From positions 217,310,001-217,374,000 of the forward strand of contig OZ024742.1 of assembly GCA_964016885.1 (NCBI GenBank): a stretch of 64,000 bases of DNA. Direction: 5' to 3'. The translations under genes were made by a program, and so were the position numbers. Under the pieces are notes generated by a model. That model searched no databases. It was not told where the DNA came from and saw nothing but the letters and a program-made list of their open reading frames with translations. This document shows, one piece after another, positions 51,534 through 64,000 of the stretch (position 1 is the stretch's first letter; every line of letters starts with the position of its first letter). This DNA is from Eledone cirrhosa (Eukaryota).

Positions 51534-54500
51534 TATAATGTATGTGTATATAATATATATATATAGAGAGAGAGAGATGTATAAATATATGTGTGTGTGC
51601 CTAGAGATTGTCAAAACTTGAGCTTAAGTATTGTGTTAAACCTGGACTGTTCACTTCAGTCTTGACATTTTTTTTTTATATGAAAACACTTCTGGTTTCA
51701 TTTCTGTTTGTAACAGCATTGTTATTACTATTAACAATAGTACTGTAAATTTTTTTTTTTTAATCTTGGCACTCGGTAAGTCTTGTGAAACAAGCACTGT
51801 CAATTTATAGCTTCTCATTAGGCGTTAATCTTATCGGCTTCCGGAATTATGAAATGAAAAGTCGACCATGATAGGATTAGAACCCAAAACGGTAAATTTG
51901 ATACTAGATGCATTTTTCTTTTTTCTGACACACTACACCTCCCCCTATCTGCCTTGGTGGAATTACAATTATAGACATTGCTTTTTATTCTTCCGGTATC
52001 AGTAAAATACAGAACCAGTTAAGTACTGAAGTGAATTTAATCAACTGTGCCTGCCTCTCCAAAATGTTTAAAATCATCATTAATATTATTAATCCTTTTG
52101 TAGTAGTGATTGGCCGAGCCATTTCTTTCCATTTCGATTAAATCGCAGTATTAAATCGCGTATTGACTTTAAAATAATCTTTTAGGACTATTCCAAAAAT
52201 TTCGGTGTATATCACGTACATTTATTATATTTAGTGTGTATTTGTTGCCGTGTTGTTTAGTCCCATGTGATCCTTGATTGAGAAAACCTATCAAATATGT
52301 CATTTCATTTGGGGTTTTTTTAAGACTGTAGGGGTGTGATTTGTGATAGATTTGGATGCTATTTCTAGCAGGCCGAGCGATTTTATATAGAATCCTTCAA
52401 GTTTTTATAATCATTTATCTCCTGTCGTCGCAATTGGTTAATTCAAAAGCGAAAAGACAGCATATAATAGTTATACATGGCTTATTTAGAATTTGCCAGG
52501 TAAAATTAGTCTCTTGTTTCGTTTGAGACTGTTGCTGTGGCAACATCCTTTCAGGACACAACCAGGATTAGTCCTAAATTGATTTGGGCTGTGACTGTCA
52601 CATGACCTCCATACACCTTGTCTATAGCTGTTAAGCTTTACCAGTCTTCGGATATATCGTAAAAATGGTAAATGCTATGAGAAATATCCGGCCCATATTT
52701 GTTTGCTTTTAATTGCTGCTGTACTCAGCCTTATTGAATTCTGTATATATATATATCCGCATGTAGTTGACGTACGAGAAAAGGGAATACTCAATACTGT
52801 GTGTGCGCAGGTGAAACTCCAGAGTAACAAGACTCACTATTTAGCCATAATGAATACATATTATATATATATAAAATATATTATGTATATATATATATAT
52901 GTGTGTGTGTATAGTAGTGTACTAGAGTATGGTTTATCGTACAAAGACGTACAAATACATGCTACTGAAAAGTGTCTAATGTATGTTTTCAGTTAAACAC
53001 ACTGAGTACATACAGGCTACTGGCTTAGTTGTATGGAAACATTTGGTTATGGGTTTGTCATTTTGGGTTTCATACACTGACACGTGTGTGTTAGCGGACA
53101 TAAGACGTTGGCTGATTGCATTTAATTCTATGGTGGACATTCCAGAAGAAAACCTTTCTTTTGTTTCTATTCTTTAAATTTTTGGGGTAATTTATTCATA
53201 TCTCTTCAATTACATTTTAAAAGATTCGACGTTTTTATGTGACGTAAAGCCATATTCAAGTTTTATATTTTTGATTGTGTGTTTTTAAAGTGGAAAGGGC
53301 TATAATACAGGATATTAGTTGCCAATTCGTTCTGTCGTAACTACCCAATGAATGGACCTTCTATACGGGTTTACTTGGTTTGATTGTAAAGAGCAGTAAA
53401 TCTCCTTCAAATTCTACTCTGCTTGATAGGGCACAGATGACCTGTGCTACACAATAACTCTTCCTGTGTTGATTCTCTCTTTGCAAATACAAAAGAAACA
53501 GCGGCTGTCTGTAAAAATACAACAAAAAAATGGCTCCTCCCTCGGTTACGGAGCCTGTACGAAATCGCTCAAACTAGATATGAGAGTCAAATCATAGTAA
53601 TGAAAGTAGAAGTTGGCTTTGGCAGAATTTGAACTCAGAGTATAAGGCGCGTCTGACTTTCTAATATATCTAGGCCAGCAGAGTGTTCAACTTATTCAGT
53701 TGTCCAGCAGAAACAAAAATTGTTTGAACAACTTTGACACAATTAAAACAAACTGCATTTATATTCATTAACACTAAACTCTTATTTTTATTGTTTAATG
53801 CTATTGTTGTTCAGCTCCATGTCAGACTTCAGATCAAAAGCATTCTTCCAGCCATGTCTATCTTATCTTTTTTAGGCATTGTGTATCTAAAACCATCTTT
53901 TTATTTGGCATATCCTCAGGACAGTGCGAGCCTTTAGAGTGAAATTGGTTGGAGGGAAACTGTTACAGCCCGTTGAATAGACTACCTATAATTTAAAGAG
54001 CCAGTTTTGTTGCATTATCATGCTGATTGTGCTTGATGATTGCATTAAGAGTACAAGTAATACTCAACTACTTACACTATAAATTATATATATCATCATC
54101 ATCATCTATTTTCCATGCTTGCATAGGTTAGACAGGTTATCACATTCCCGAAGTAGACAAGCTAGTCAGACGACTGTGTCTTGCTCCTATGTTACATTTT
54201 GGCATTGTTTCTACGATTGGATGCTTTTCCAAATGCCAACCACTACTACCACTTGACAGAGTTGAGTGGATGCTTTCTACATGGCACCACTACTACCACT
54301 TTACAGTGTGGGCTGGTTGCATTTTATCATAGCACCAGCATTATTACATTCTAGTGCAGGTTGAGCATTGAGTGCATTTTATTGTGGTACCATTACTACC
54401 ATATTTCAATACTAGGGCATTTGTATCCATGGTCGGGTTGGGAGGACAGTGATACGGAGTTGTGGTGAGGTGAACAGGGTTTAGGTTGCCTGTTATTAGC

Positions 54501-57500
54501 CCATTGAGGAGTGGAGTGGTCTTAGGGTGAGTGAGTGAGTGGCATCTGGCGTTCTTGTGGGTGTGGGGTGAGCCTAACTTCCCATGCTGGCGTGGTTGGG
54601 CCAGAAGTTGGGAAGGAGATAAATTTGACAGTATGAGTTGTGGGGGGGAAGAGTAAGTGTTGGGTCATAGATTTTGATATGTATCTCTCAATCTATTTTC
54701 TGCATATTTATGTCTTCTGAATTTTTATAGAATTTATACACCATTTTTAATGTTGTGCATTTTCTCCATTAGATAAATTCATATTCACACCAAAATATAT
54801 TTTGATTTGTCTTGAGAATATACCTGTATTTTATAGGCATAGATGTGTGGCTAAGAAATTCTTTTTGCAACCACATTAACTTGAGTTCTAATCCCACTAC
54901 GTGACACCTTGTTTTCAATAATGACCTCAAACCAACCAATGCCTTATGAATGAATTTGGTTGACAGAAACTGTATGGAGCACAAAAGTACCAGTAATGCA
55001 CTGGGATAATTGCTGGCCTTGTGCCAAAAGTAGAAATAATTGTGTGTGTGTGTGTATGCCAATTCTCACAAATGTTGTATCAACACTACCTATAAAACTT
55101 GCTGTGTTGGTCTGTATCCCCTATAATATATATATGTTGGGTTTTAACTTTTTCTTTGTTAAATTATTAAAATTATTGAATTTCTTTGTTTACTGTCGGC
55201 CTAATATGTTCTATTTGGGTATTGCTTTCCTGAGAACATATTGCACTGAATTTGCTCTGTAACAAGCTCTCTCTACATGTGTTATTATTGAGCAGTTCTG
55301 CAGGAAGCAAGGTCGGAATGATTATGATAACTTCTATGCTTTTAGCATTGTATTGATCTAAATCCCTATTATATATATATATATGTCTCCTATAAATAAT
55401 ACAATGAAGAGAGACAAAACCAAGGTATGGGTTAGCATCAGCAAGAGCATCTGGCCATAGGAAACCTACAACAAAAGGATCTCGTCCAACCCATGCAAGA
55501 ATGGAAAAGCAGACATAAAGATAATGGTGTGTTTGTGTGTGTGATCACTGTTTGATATAATTGTTTCAGTAGATTGAAAATTCATTGCATTATTGAGTAG
55601 AATGAATGTAAATAGTCTGTAGAATTTTTCGATTTGTTTGATACTTAACTGTAGTTTGATATAGATACTTACTTTGGTAGAGTGATATCAGCATTCTCTT
55701 GTCATAATTATGTTACCACTAATTTAACTAGAACTCTAAAAAGCCTACTTGGCTCCTTGTTTCTACTCGTAATTTAGGTTTTATTTTGAAAACAAAATCA
55801 TTGGGGGGCTGCTTTTCTTTTACAATTGTTTATCTTATAACTAGAAATAATAACTTGTGAATAAATTTACATGAGAGAGGGAGCTTCTTAGATCTCTTCT
55901 CTTCTTCCACTTATTCTTGAGAGGGTCATGGGAGCAGAGTCCTAAAACGCTCCTTCCAGCATGTCCTGTCAGAAGCAACTGTCTCCAATTGATCTGGCTT
56001 GATCTCCAAGCAAGACCAGCTGAGCTCATGGATGTTATCCAACCATCTTGTTCTGGGTCTCCTGCCAGTTGGTTTTGCCCATGAAATCTATCCAGCAATT
56101 CTTTCCTAAAATATTCTAAAATATCCTAAAATATTCTAACCACATACATGCCTGTAATATTGGAGCTGTGATATCTCAATCCGGAGAAGTGACAGCTCTA
56201 CCTGGAGTGACTCTCTGATCTCCAAGTTACGTTACTCCAAAGACCAGTTGGAGGAACCCCATTTCATCCACATATCATATTTTTTCAGTTGTTACCCAAG
56301 ATTCATGACCAAAGGTAAGGGTTGACACAAATACTGAATGAGTAACAAGTGTTGATTTTGTTCATTTGCATATCAGTGTATTCACTGGCAGTTCATAAAA
56401 TGAAATAACTAAAGTATTGTGTTTGTGTGAATAAATGATAAATTGTAAGTAACTTTAAGCTACTTCCTTTCTTTGTGAAGAAAATACAAAACACTTTTGG
56501 TAAGACAACTATTTAAAACTAGCAACAGTATTCTTGGGTTCATCTTGCAGAGATAGCCCTGTGATTTAACCACACACTTAGCGCTTTAGTTATTTTAAAT
56601 AAGAAGGTTTAGTTCTGATACAATTTTTTATTTCATAATTACTAAAAGCCCTTATTGCTTAACATTTCTTCTATACACACTGATATACTAAATGTTCAAT
56701 TAAATGTGCAGCTGAACTCCAGTTTAACTTCCCTCAATAAACATTTAGTCTAAGTTGAGTCATTTGTGACCTAAATTAGCTGTTTATTTGATAGATACTG
56801 GCTGGTCTGTAAACTACTAATGCCATGTATAAATGAAGCATAAATGATTGAAATTTAATTGATTAATATCAAACAATCATGAGTAATAATAATAATGTAA
56901 AAATGGAAATGAATGTTTCATCCCATTGGAGAGTAACTATATTGCATGTAACAAAAGGGAGAGCAATGATGTGGAAGAAAACATTCATATGAAGCTATGC
57001 CATTCATACTGCCATTGTTGTATATGCAGATGTAATACTGTCTTTACTTTTAAAGTTAATTAAAATAGGCTACATTTTTAGATTGTCCCATATTTCTGGA
57101 CTATATCAAAATGATTTATGCAATGTATCACCTGTTGCTGAATGTTATTGATTCTTCCAGCTGTAACCCACAATAAAGGGAAAAAATAAATAAACAAACT
57201 CAATATATTAGCTGTAAGATGCTAACACTAAGCTTGAATCATTGATTTAGTTGGATATCTCCCAAGCTTTTATAAACCAACCTAAAAGGAGACAGTTACT
57301 CTGCTCTTTTGATTGATCAAGAGTTGATGCTTGATGTACAGTTCACCCTCTTTGCCACTTCTATGGTTGTCTGTTTTTTCTGAATTTGCTAACTGCTCAG
57401 TCTTTAACAAAACTCTACCAATGCAACCATTTTTCTTCATCCTCTCACACTCACTGTATCTCACCTCCTAAAGTGAAAGTAAAGAGATCTATCTCCATTG

Positions 57501-60500
57501 GTTTTGACAATGATTATTCAATTGTTCAATCAACTAACCTAGCTGTTCCTGGATTTAGCATATAGCTGAGTATTCCACTGACATGTGCACTCCTAATGTG
57601 AACCTCAGGCAAAATCAGGTATGATCAGTATCCAACTTGTCCATTCTTCTCATATTTTTCCTTCAAACACTGATCTGCAGATATTTCAACTGAACATCAA
57701 CTGCCTCAAGCTCACCACATTGTATACACTGAGAGAGCAAGGATAGGAACGGGAAAGTTCATAGGCACTATCCCTCATCCTCTGACTTACTTATAAAAAC
57801 ACATATATAATACTTGGTTTAAATCCTGCAAGCATCAAACTAGCTTCTTCATCTTCTTATAGTTAACAAAACAACTGTGACTTGAACTCTGAGATGAAAT
57901 TGCCCTTTGATAAATTCCAAGTATCCTTAGAGCCATTTGCATAGCTCTATCATGTGGAAGACAGACAATTCTCTTGCACAGGATTTGAAAATATTACACA
58001 TAACTTTCTTACAAACAGTATTACCTTTGTTCTCAGGTCTGTAATCTAAAGTTATTGTTTTGCCCCAGGCCAACTTTTTCAATAGCATTCCTACCCGTAA
58101 CCACCCCATCATTTTTTTCAAGCATAGTGTGGAGAGGATTACATTATCTAGTATGTCCTTCCTTTTTTTTTTAAGGTATGGTTTAAGGGTGATTTGACTG
58201 CTGTTTGTATCAGCTGGGACAATCTCAATTAATTAAGTTGAGTCTTGCTCAAATATTAGATTTAAATCCCTTTCACATGTCATTTCTGTTTTGTTTTATT
58301 CAGGTGTAGCTTATCTAGGACTACATTATCCAATGAACACTTGCTTTTTTAAGATGGTAGGGTCTGATATGCAAGAGATTTGGCTGCTATTTGTAGCAGA
58401 GGCTCCCTCTTTCACTATTCTGATTGGTTGCAGTAATTGACACTTATACCTATGTTTATTTTGTTTTCATATGCAGATGAAAAAAAAACATTTTTAACTC
58501 TTACAAATTGTAACTATGATTTAAGGAAGATCAAGTAGTAGTTATGGAATTTGTCTCAAATAAATACAAAAAGCCCAGTCTTCAACAAAGCTATGTGAAC
58601 TGTAGGAAACAGTTGAATTTTAACATTCTTCTTCTGCTTAATGTCGGTGTGTAAAGGTAGAGCTAAATGTTAAAAAGATATCGTAATTTATGAGAGATAG
58701 GTATTTTCACCTATAACATATGTCAATAAAGAAAACTATTTTTTTTTTCATTGGAGATATTTTGGGGGTTATAAGACATTCACCCTTATTTTGAAGAAAA
58801 AAAAGTTGGTAGTTGTAAAAAAAATGTTTATTGAATAAAATTACAAAAAAAAAAAGTATTATTCCAGAGTACGGCTCAAAAGAATTGTTTTCTGCTGTGT
58901 TGAGCAGCAATTACAAATATGTACAAAAGCTTTCTCCACTATTACCTATAATTCATTGTGTGTGTGTGATAGAGGTGCATTAGACAGTAATGTAAATAAT
59001 TATGCTTTTTATAAGGAAAATATCTTGGTGTTACTTAGGTGCTATTAAATTAGACTTGCATGCTTATTTAAATAAACAACTATACTTATGCATGGCTTGT
59101 AGATAGCAGCAGATTGGCTGTATCGGTAGAGCATCGGACACCATGCTTTGTGGTATAGAGTTACAGTCCTTTACATTCTGAGCTCAAATCCCACCGGGGT
59201 CAATAAAATAAAGCACCAATTTAATCAACTTTCCCCTCCCCAAAAATGTCTGGCCTTATGCCTATAGTAGAAATTCATTATTATATTCACACTAAAGGGT
59301 GTTGCTTTGCAATATTTTGTTACGACTTCCTACATTCTGGCTTCAAATCCTGCCAAGATCAACAAAAAGCACCCAGTACTCACTGTAAATGAAGTTGGCA
59401 TTATGAAGGGCATCCCACTGTAGAAACCAAGCCAAAATCAGTTCTGTATGAGCAAGACATGGTCACCTGACTTAGCATTGCCCACAACAGTACTCATCTA
59501 ACCTATGCTAGCATGGAAGAATGGACGTTAAATGGTGATGATGATTTTGAATGCTGTTTCAAGATTGTATTTAGTTTTTCTGTTCACTTCCAATTTTTGA
59601 AATAGGACAGGGCAGGTTTGTTTGTTTTTTTTTTCTCTCAATTTTCTCAATATCTAAGATACATTAATGTCCAACTCTTGCTAGCTAGGAAAGCAGACTT
59701 AAATGATGATAATAAATGTTTTATACAAATTTTGTAACACAACATACACTTGATTACTTCAAAATTAATTTTAGCTTCATTTTTATATCCTTTATTCAAT
59801 TAGATATAACATGCAACTGAAGAATATACATTATACAAGTTTTTTTGTTATGAATATGATTTTTTTTATAAACTTAGTCTGGGTCATCGTGATATGGTGT
59901 CCAACATTAGTTAGCCATTGTACATTCATTCCCAAATCTCCAGTATCATGTTTCTATTGCGTGAATGAATATCTTAAGAGAATGGTTCTCATTGCTTACT
60001 GCACCAAGATTTTCTCATTTTTTATAGGCATCACAGAGGTTCTCAACTCTACATCAATATGCAGGAGACTTAGTTTTCAATAAGAAAATTTTTATGTAAC
60101 CAGGTTTACCAAGCTTTTAATTCTAGTGCCTTGAGGGCTTGTTCAAATTCGATATCTTTTAAAACCCCTCTAATTTGCAGCCCCACAAAATTTTTACTTT
60201 GCTACACTCACATTTGGGAATTTTTCAGAAAGATTCTGCAATCCTCTTGAATTCATTTTATTCATTGCTTTAACAAAATTGTTCATTAAACGCAGTTGAA
60301 TATGGAGAAATGATAGAATATCTTCTTGGGATCAATTAAAGAGACAAATTGAATACTGATCATCCTAAGACATTTGTTGACTTTTGTGGCCAGTTATATT
60401 TAATATAGTGATCTATTGTAGCACAAGAAACAATATTTTGTAAATTCTACTAGCATTCTCATTAGTTTACCAGTAACTTTGAGATCTTCTCAGAGATCAC

Positions 60501-61042
60501 AGTATTGACGTTTATCAAGCAGTATATCCATATAAGTGATGGTGGTGAATGGCTTTACATTCCCATTATGTACAGAACTGCTAACAATCCTCTTTGTAGC
60601 AAATTAATAAAGAGGTGCCAGTCAAATGCTATATTAATCTAAGGCTAGTTTGGCATTGGCAATAGCATAGTGGACATCCATTCTAAAATATTACCAAATT
60701 AAAATTTCATTTTGAATATTGATACATTGAAATGAAATGAAATTTACAGCTCACACTTATGAAAGTTTAGTTGGCATAGTATGAGGTTGTATCTCATTGG
60801 TGGTTTCTTCAGTATTTTAATAATAGACCCCAATTCTATCAAGAGAAGCAGCATAAAATGAAGTGCCTTGTTCAAGAACACAATATACTGCCTGATCCAA
60901 GAATTTAATCCAACATCCTAACGTGCCTTTACTTGTACATGTTAAGTTAATTACCTTCTTTTAGATCAGAATCTCTACTTTCTCTTTAGACATGAGTAAG
61001 TCTCTATCAAGAAAATTTAAATTCTTTTCTTTGGTAAATAAC

Positions 61043-62545
61043 CATCATCATCATCATCATCATTGTTTAACGTCCATCTTCCATGCTAGCATGGGTTAGA
61101 CGGGAGTTGTCCCACTTGAGGCAAGGTTGGTCGGGTGACCGTGTCTCGCTCATATAGGACTATCTGGCAGGTTTTCTATGGCTGGATGCCCTTCCTAACA
61201 CTAACCACATTTACAGTGTGGAACTGGGAACGTTTTACTGTTACCTACACAGCCACATTACAGCGTGGACTGTGTTTTTTTTCTCGTGACACCTACACGA
61301 TCTCGATCTCATTATCTCATTTATTTGAACTGGATGTTGTGGTACCAACTTTACAGAGAGAGGGTGGTGTTGGTGGGAGTGGGAGGATAGGGTAGGGGTA
61401 GTGGATTGGGGTGTATATTTGGTTAAGAGGTGCCTACTGTAGGTTTCGCTTTGTACATAGGCAAGGAGAGCCGTCTGTATTACTGTGTAGTGCCAAAGAT
61501 CTCGGTCCAGTGACATTGTCTTAGAGAGGTGCAAGTGTGTAAGGTCGGAATTTATCAGATCGTCCCAGGTTTTTCTGGGTTTACCTGCTCCATAACTACC
61601 ATCAATTTTGATCACCCTGCACTTTTTTATACAGCTGTCATCTTTCATGTGCATCACGTGGCCATACCAACGTAGTCTTCTCTCAAGTAAACAGCATCTG
61701 ATCCCTCTTATTCCTAATTTCTCACTTAGTTCATTTATGCTTTGCTGTTCACATATATTACTATTACACATCCAACGGAGCATGCATGCTTCATTCCTTT
61801 CCAGTCTGCGCAGGTCCTCTGCACGTAATGCCCATGTCTCACTGCCATGTAGCATTGCTGTTCGTATACAAGCATCATACAATCTGCCTTTCATTTTTAG
61901 AGAGAAACCTTTTGTTGCCAACAGCGGTATAAGCTCTCTGAACTTTTTCCATCCTGTTCTGACTCTGGCTACTGTACTTTCAGAACACCCTCCACCACTG
62001 CTGATTTTGTCACCTATGTAACGGAAAGTGTCTACTATTTCTATAGAACCATCTGGGCAATAGTAGGAGCTAGTATCCTGTGGACACTTGCTACCTATTG
62101 CACCTGAGCATCGGCCACATATAAAGTCTACGTTCTTAGATAGTTTACCTATGGTCCCACTACATCTTTTATGTACTCATACTTTGCATTTGGGACATAA
62201 AATTGAATTTCTGCCTACTCCTTTCCTACACACTGAGCATGGCCATTTCCCTGATGGTACCTGTGCCTTATTTTCCTTTCTACAAACTAGGACTTTAATC
62301 TTAAACAAGTTAACTTTAAGGCTTCTTTTTGATTCTAGGCCATGCTTCCATGTTTGAAATTTCTTCTCTAGTTCAGCTATGAGCGTTAGATCATCTGCGT
62401 ATAGGAGTTCCCATGGGCAGCCGGTCTTGAACTCCTGTTATAGCCTGAAGGGCAATAATAAATAGGAGGGGGATAAGGACAGAGCCTTGGTGAACACCAA
62501 CTTTTACACTAAATTCTTCACAATATTCATTGTTAATTCTAACCA
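61043..62545 (-). mobile_element. RTE LINE 3' part with long 3' UTR and (TGA)n tail
   Basis: VGVHQGSVLSP, PWELLYADD, SGKWPCSVC, LHGSETWA, RRLRWYGHV, GKPRKTW; continues into about 430 nt of 3' sequence ending tgatgatg. Confidence 0.9.
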
Positions 62546-64000
62546 AATTTTCTTTGAGTGTGTTTCTAGAATACTTAGATGGTCTAGCCCTCTACCAATG
62601 CCACAATTCATCACTGTCTATTTCATTGTCTATGGAAACGAGTCCATAATTTGTGGGAAATGAAATCTGTATTATTTCATCATGTTGAATCAGTCTGCAT
62701 GCTGAATGAAGGTTTGGATAAGTAATGTTTGATTATTACAGAAACTTCAATTATGTTAACACAACAAAAATAAGTCAGTATGATCTCTTTATTCTCTCCA
62801 TTGATCATCTATTTTTGTTCCATTAATCATATTATCCAATTCAAAAAGCAAAGTTAATTTAATGTGGCATCCACTGCTATATATTTTTTCATAAGATTTA
62901 TTATGATAGTGTGTCATTGTTATACAAGTAACAGAAACAACAGAAAAAGTCTGGATGGTTTTTACATTCACAAGGCTAATTAAATAACATTGGTTTGAAT
63001 AATTATTCTAAAAAATACAAATATTTCAAATAAAATACTTTCTCAAAATCATATTCAATGGAAATTGGTTTATATTTTTTAATTTTAATTTTTCTTATTT
63101 TCTTAACCCTTTTGGTACCAACCTGCCCAAAACTTCTATATGGTGGTTTAACTGCTAGAAATAGCAGCCAACTTACCCTCAAATTGCACCCTGTTGTCTC
63201 TGATATACAAAAAGTTATAATAGTCATAACTGAAACATCTTTAATCTTAAGTTTACTTTATCAAAGCTTATCTGTAGCTAAACAACAACAATATCATGTA
63301 TTGAATATTAGAATATTTGATATTTATAATATTGATAATCACTTTTGAGTTCCAACCCATGCCAGTATGGAAAGGGAATGTAAAATGATTATGATGAATA
63401 TTGAATGTCTATAGTGAAGTTTCATATGACAATTAAACAACATAATCAGCATATGGTTAATCATTTGAACATCTCATTAGCAATTAGTGGTTTTTGTTGG
63501 GGGGTTTTTAATTGGTTTATTTCTTTTCAATTTGTGATTTGCTTATTAGGTTTTTGCCATTAATGTCTGTGATAGTAAATTTTTGTATTTTGGCATTATT
63601 ACCCTGATTGGTAATTTATTGTTTAACCCCAGGTCAGTTCTGATCCAAGTAGACATAAAGAGAACATTGTCTTTACAACCATGGCTCTTTTTGGGGGGTG
63701 GGGTGTAAACAGGGTATCTAAGACTACAGAGATGGATTTGATTGCTATTTCTTTCTTGTAAGTCATGAAGAAGCGTTCTTATTTTGTTGTTTTATTTTAT
63801 TTTTTCAGTGTTAGCAAGGGTTTAACTGGTCTGGATAAATCTCTTTGTATTTTGTGTGTTATTTTTATCTATAAGACCTACTTAAGCCTTAACTCTTTAG
63901 CATTTACATTACTCTAAATATACTATTGTATTTTCACGGTGTAGGCTTTATCTCACATAATATCAAATCTTTGAGACTTTACCATGAAAATACAATAGTA

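Noticed and set aside
51000-61000. Short ORFs of 60-100 aa as protein-coding genes
   Set aside because: They are low-complexity or repeat-derived, with no recognisable domains or consistent splice phases.

Overview
This is AT-rich, intron- and repeat-dense eukaryotic DNA. The SINE/LINE repertoire suggests a coleoid cephalopod such as an octopus, but that is inference. Positions 1392-42463 on the minus strand hold 17 phase-consistent GT-AG coding exons (614 codons) of MBTPS1, the site-1 protease. They cover the signal peptide, prodomain and full subtilase catalytic set (Asp, His, Asn, Ser); the 3' part of the gene lies outside the window. A compact head-to-head promoter is likely at about 50.6-50.9 kb. 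The introns carry a CR1-group LINE family (one copy with uninterrupted ORF2, one inverted copy with a PHD-finger ORF1), several RTE LINE fragments, an L1/Tx1-type fragment, a mariner relic, tRNA-derived SINEs, hairpins and microsatellites. The most interesting signal: in both diverged CR1-group copies ORF1 ends G_GGA_AAC_TAA, and ORF2 has no usable ATG and is open in the -1 frame from that heptamer. This points to a Gag-Pol-like ORF1-ORF2 fusion made by -1 ribosomal frameshifting in a non-LTR retrotransposon. All coordinates were read by eye; repeat boundaries are approximate.
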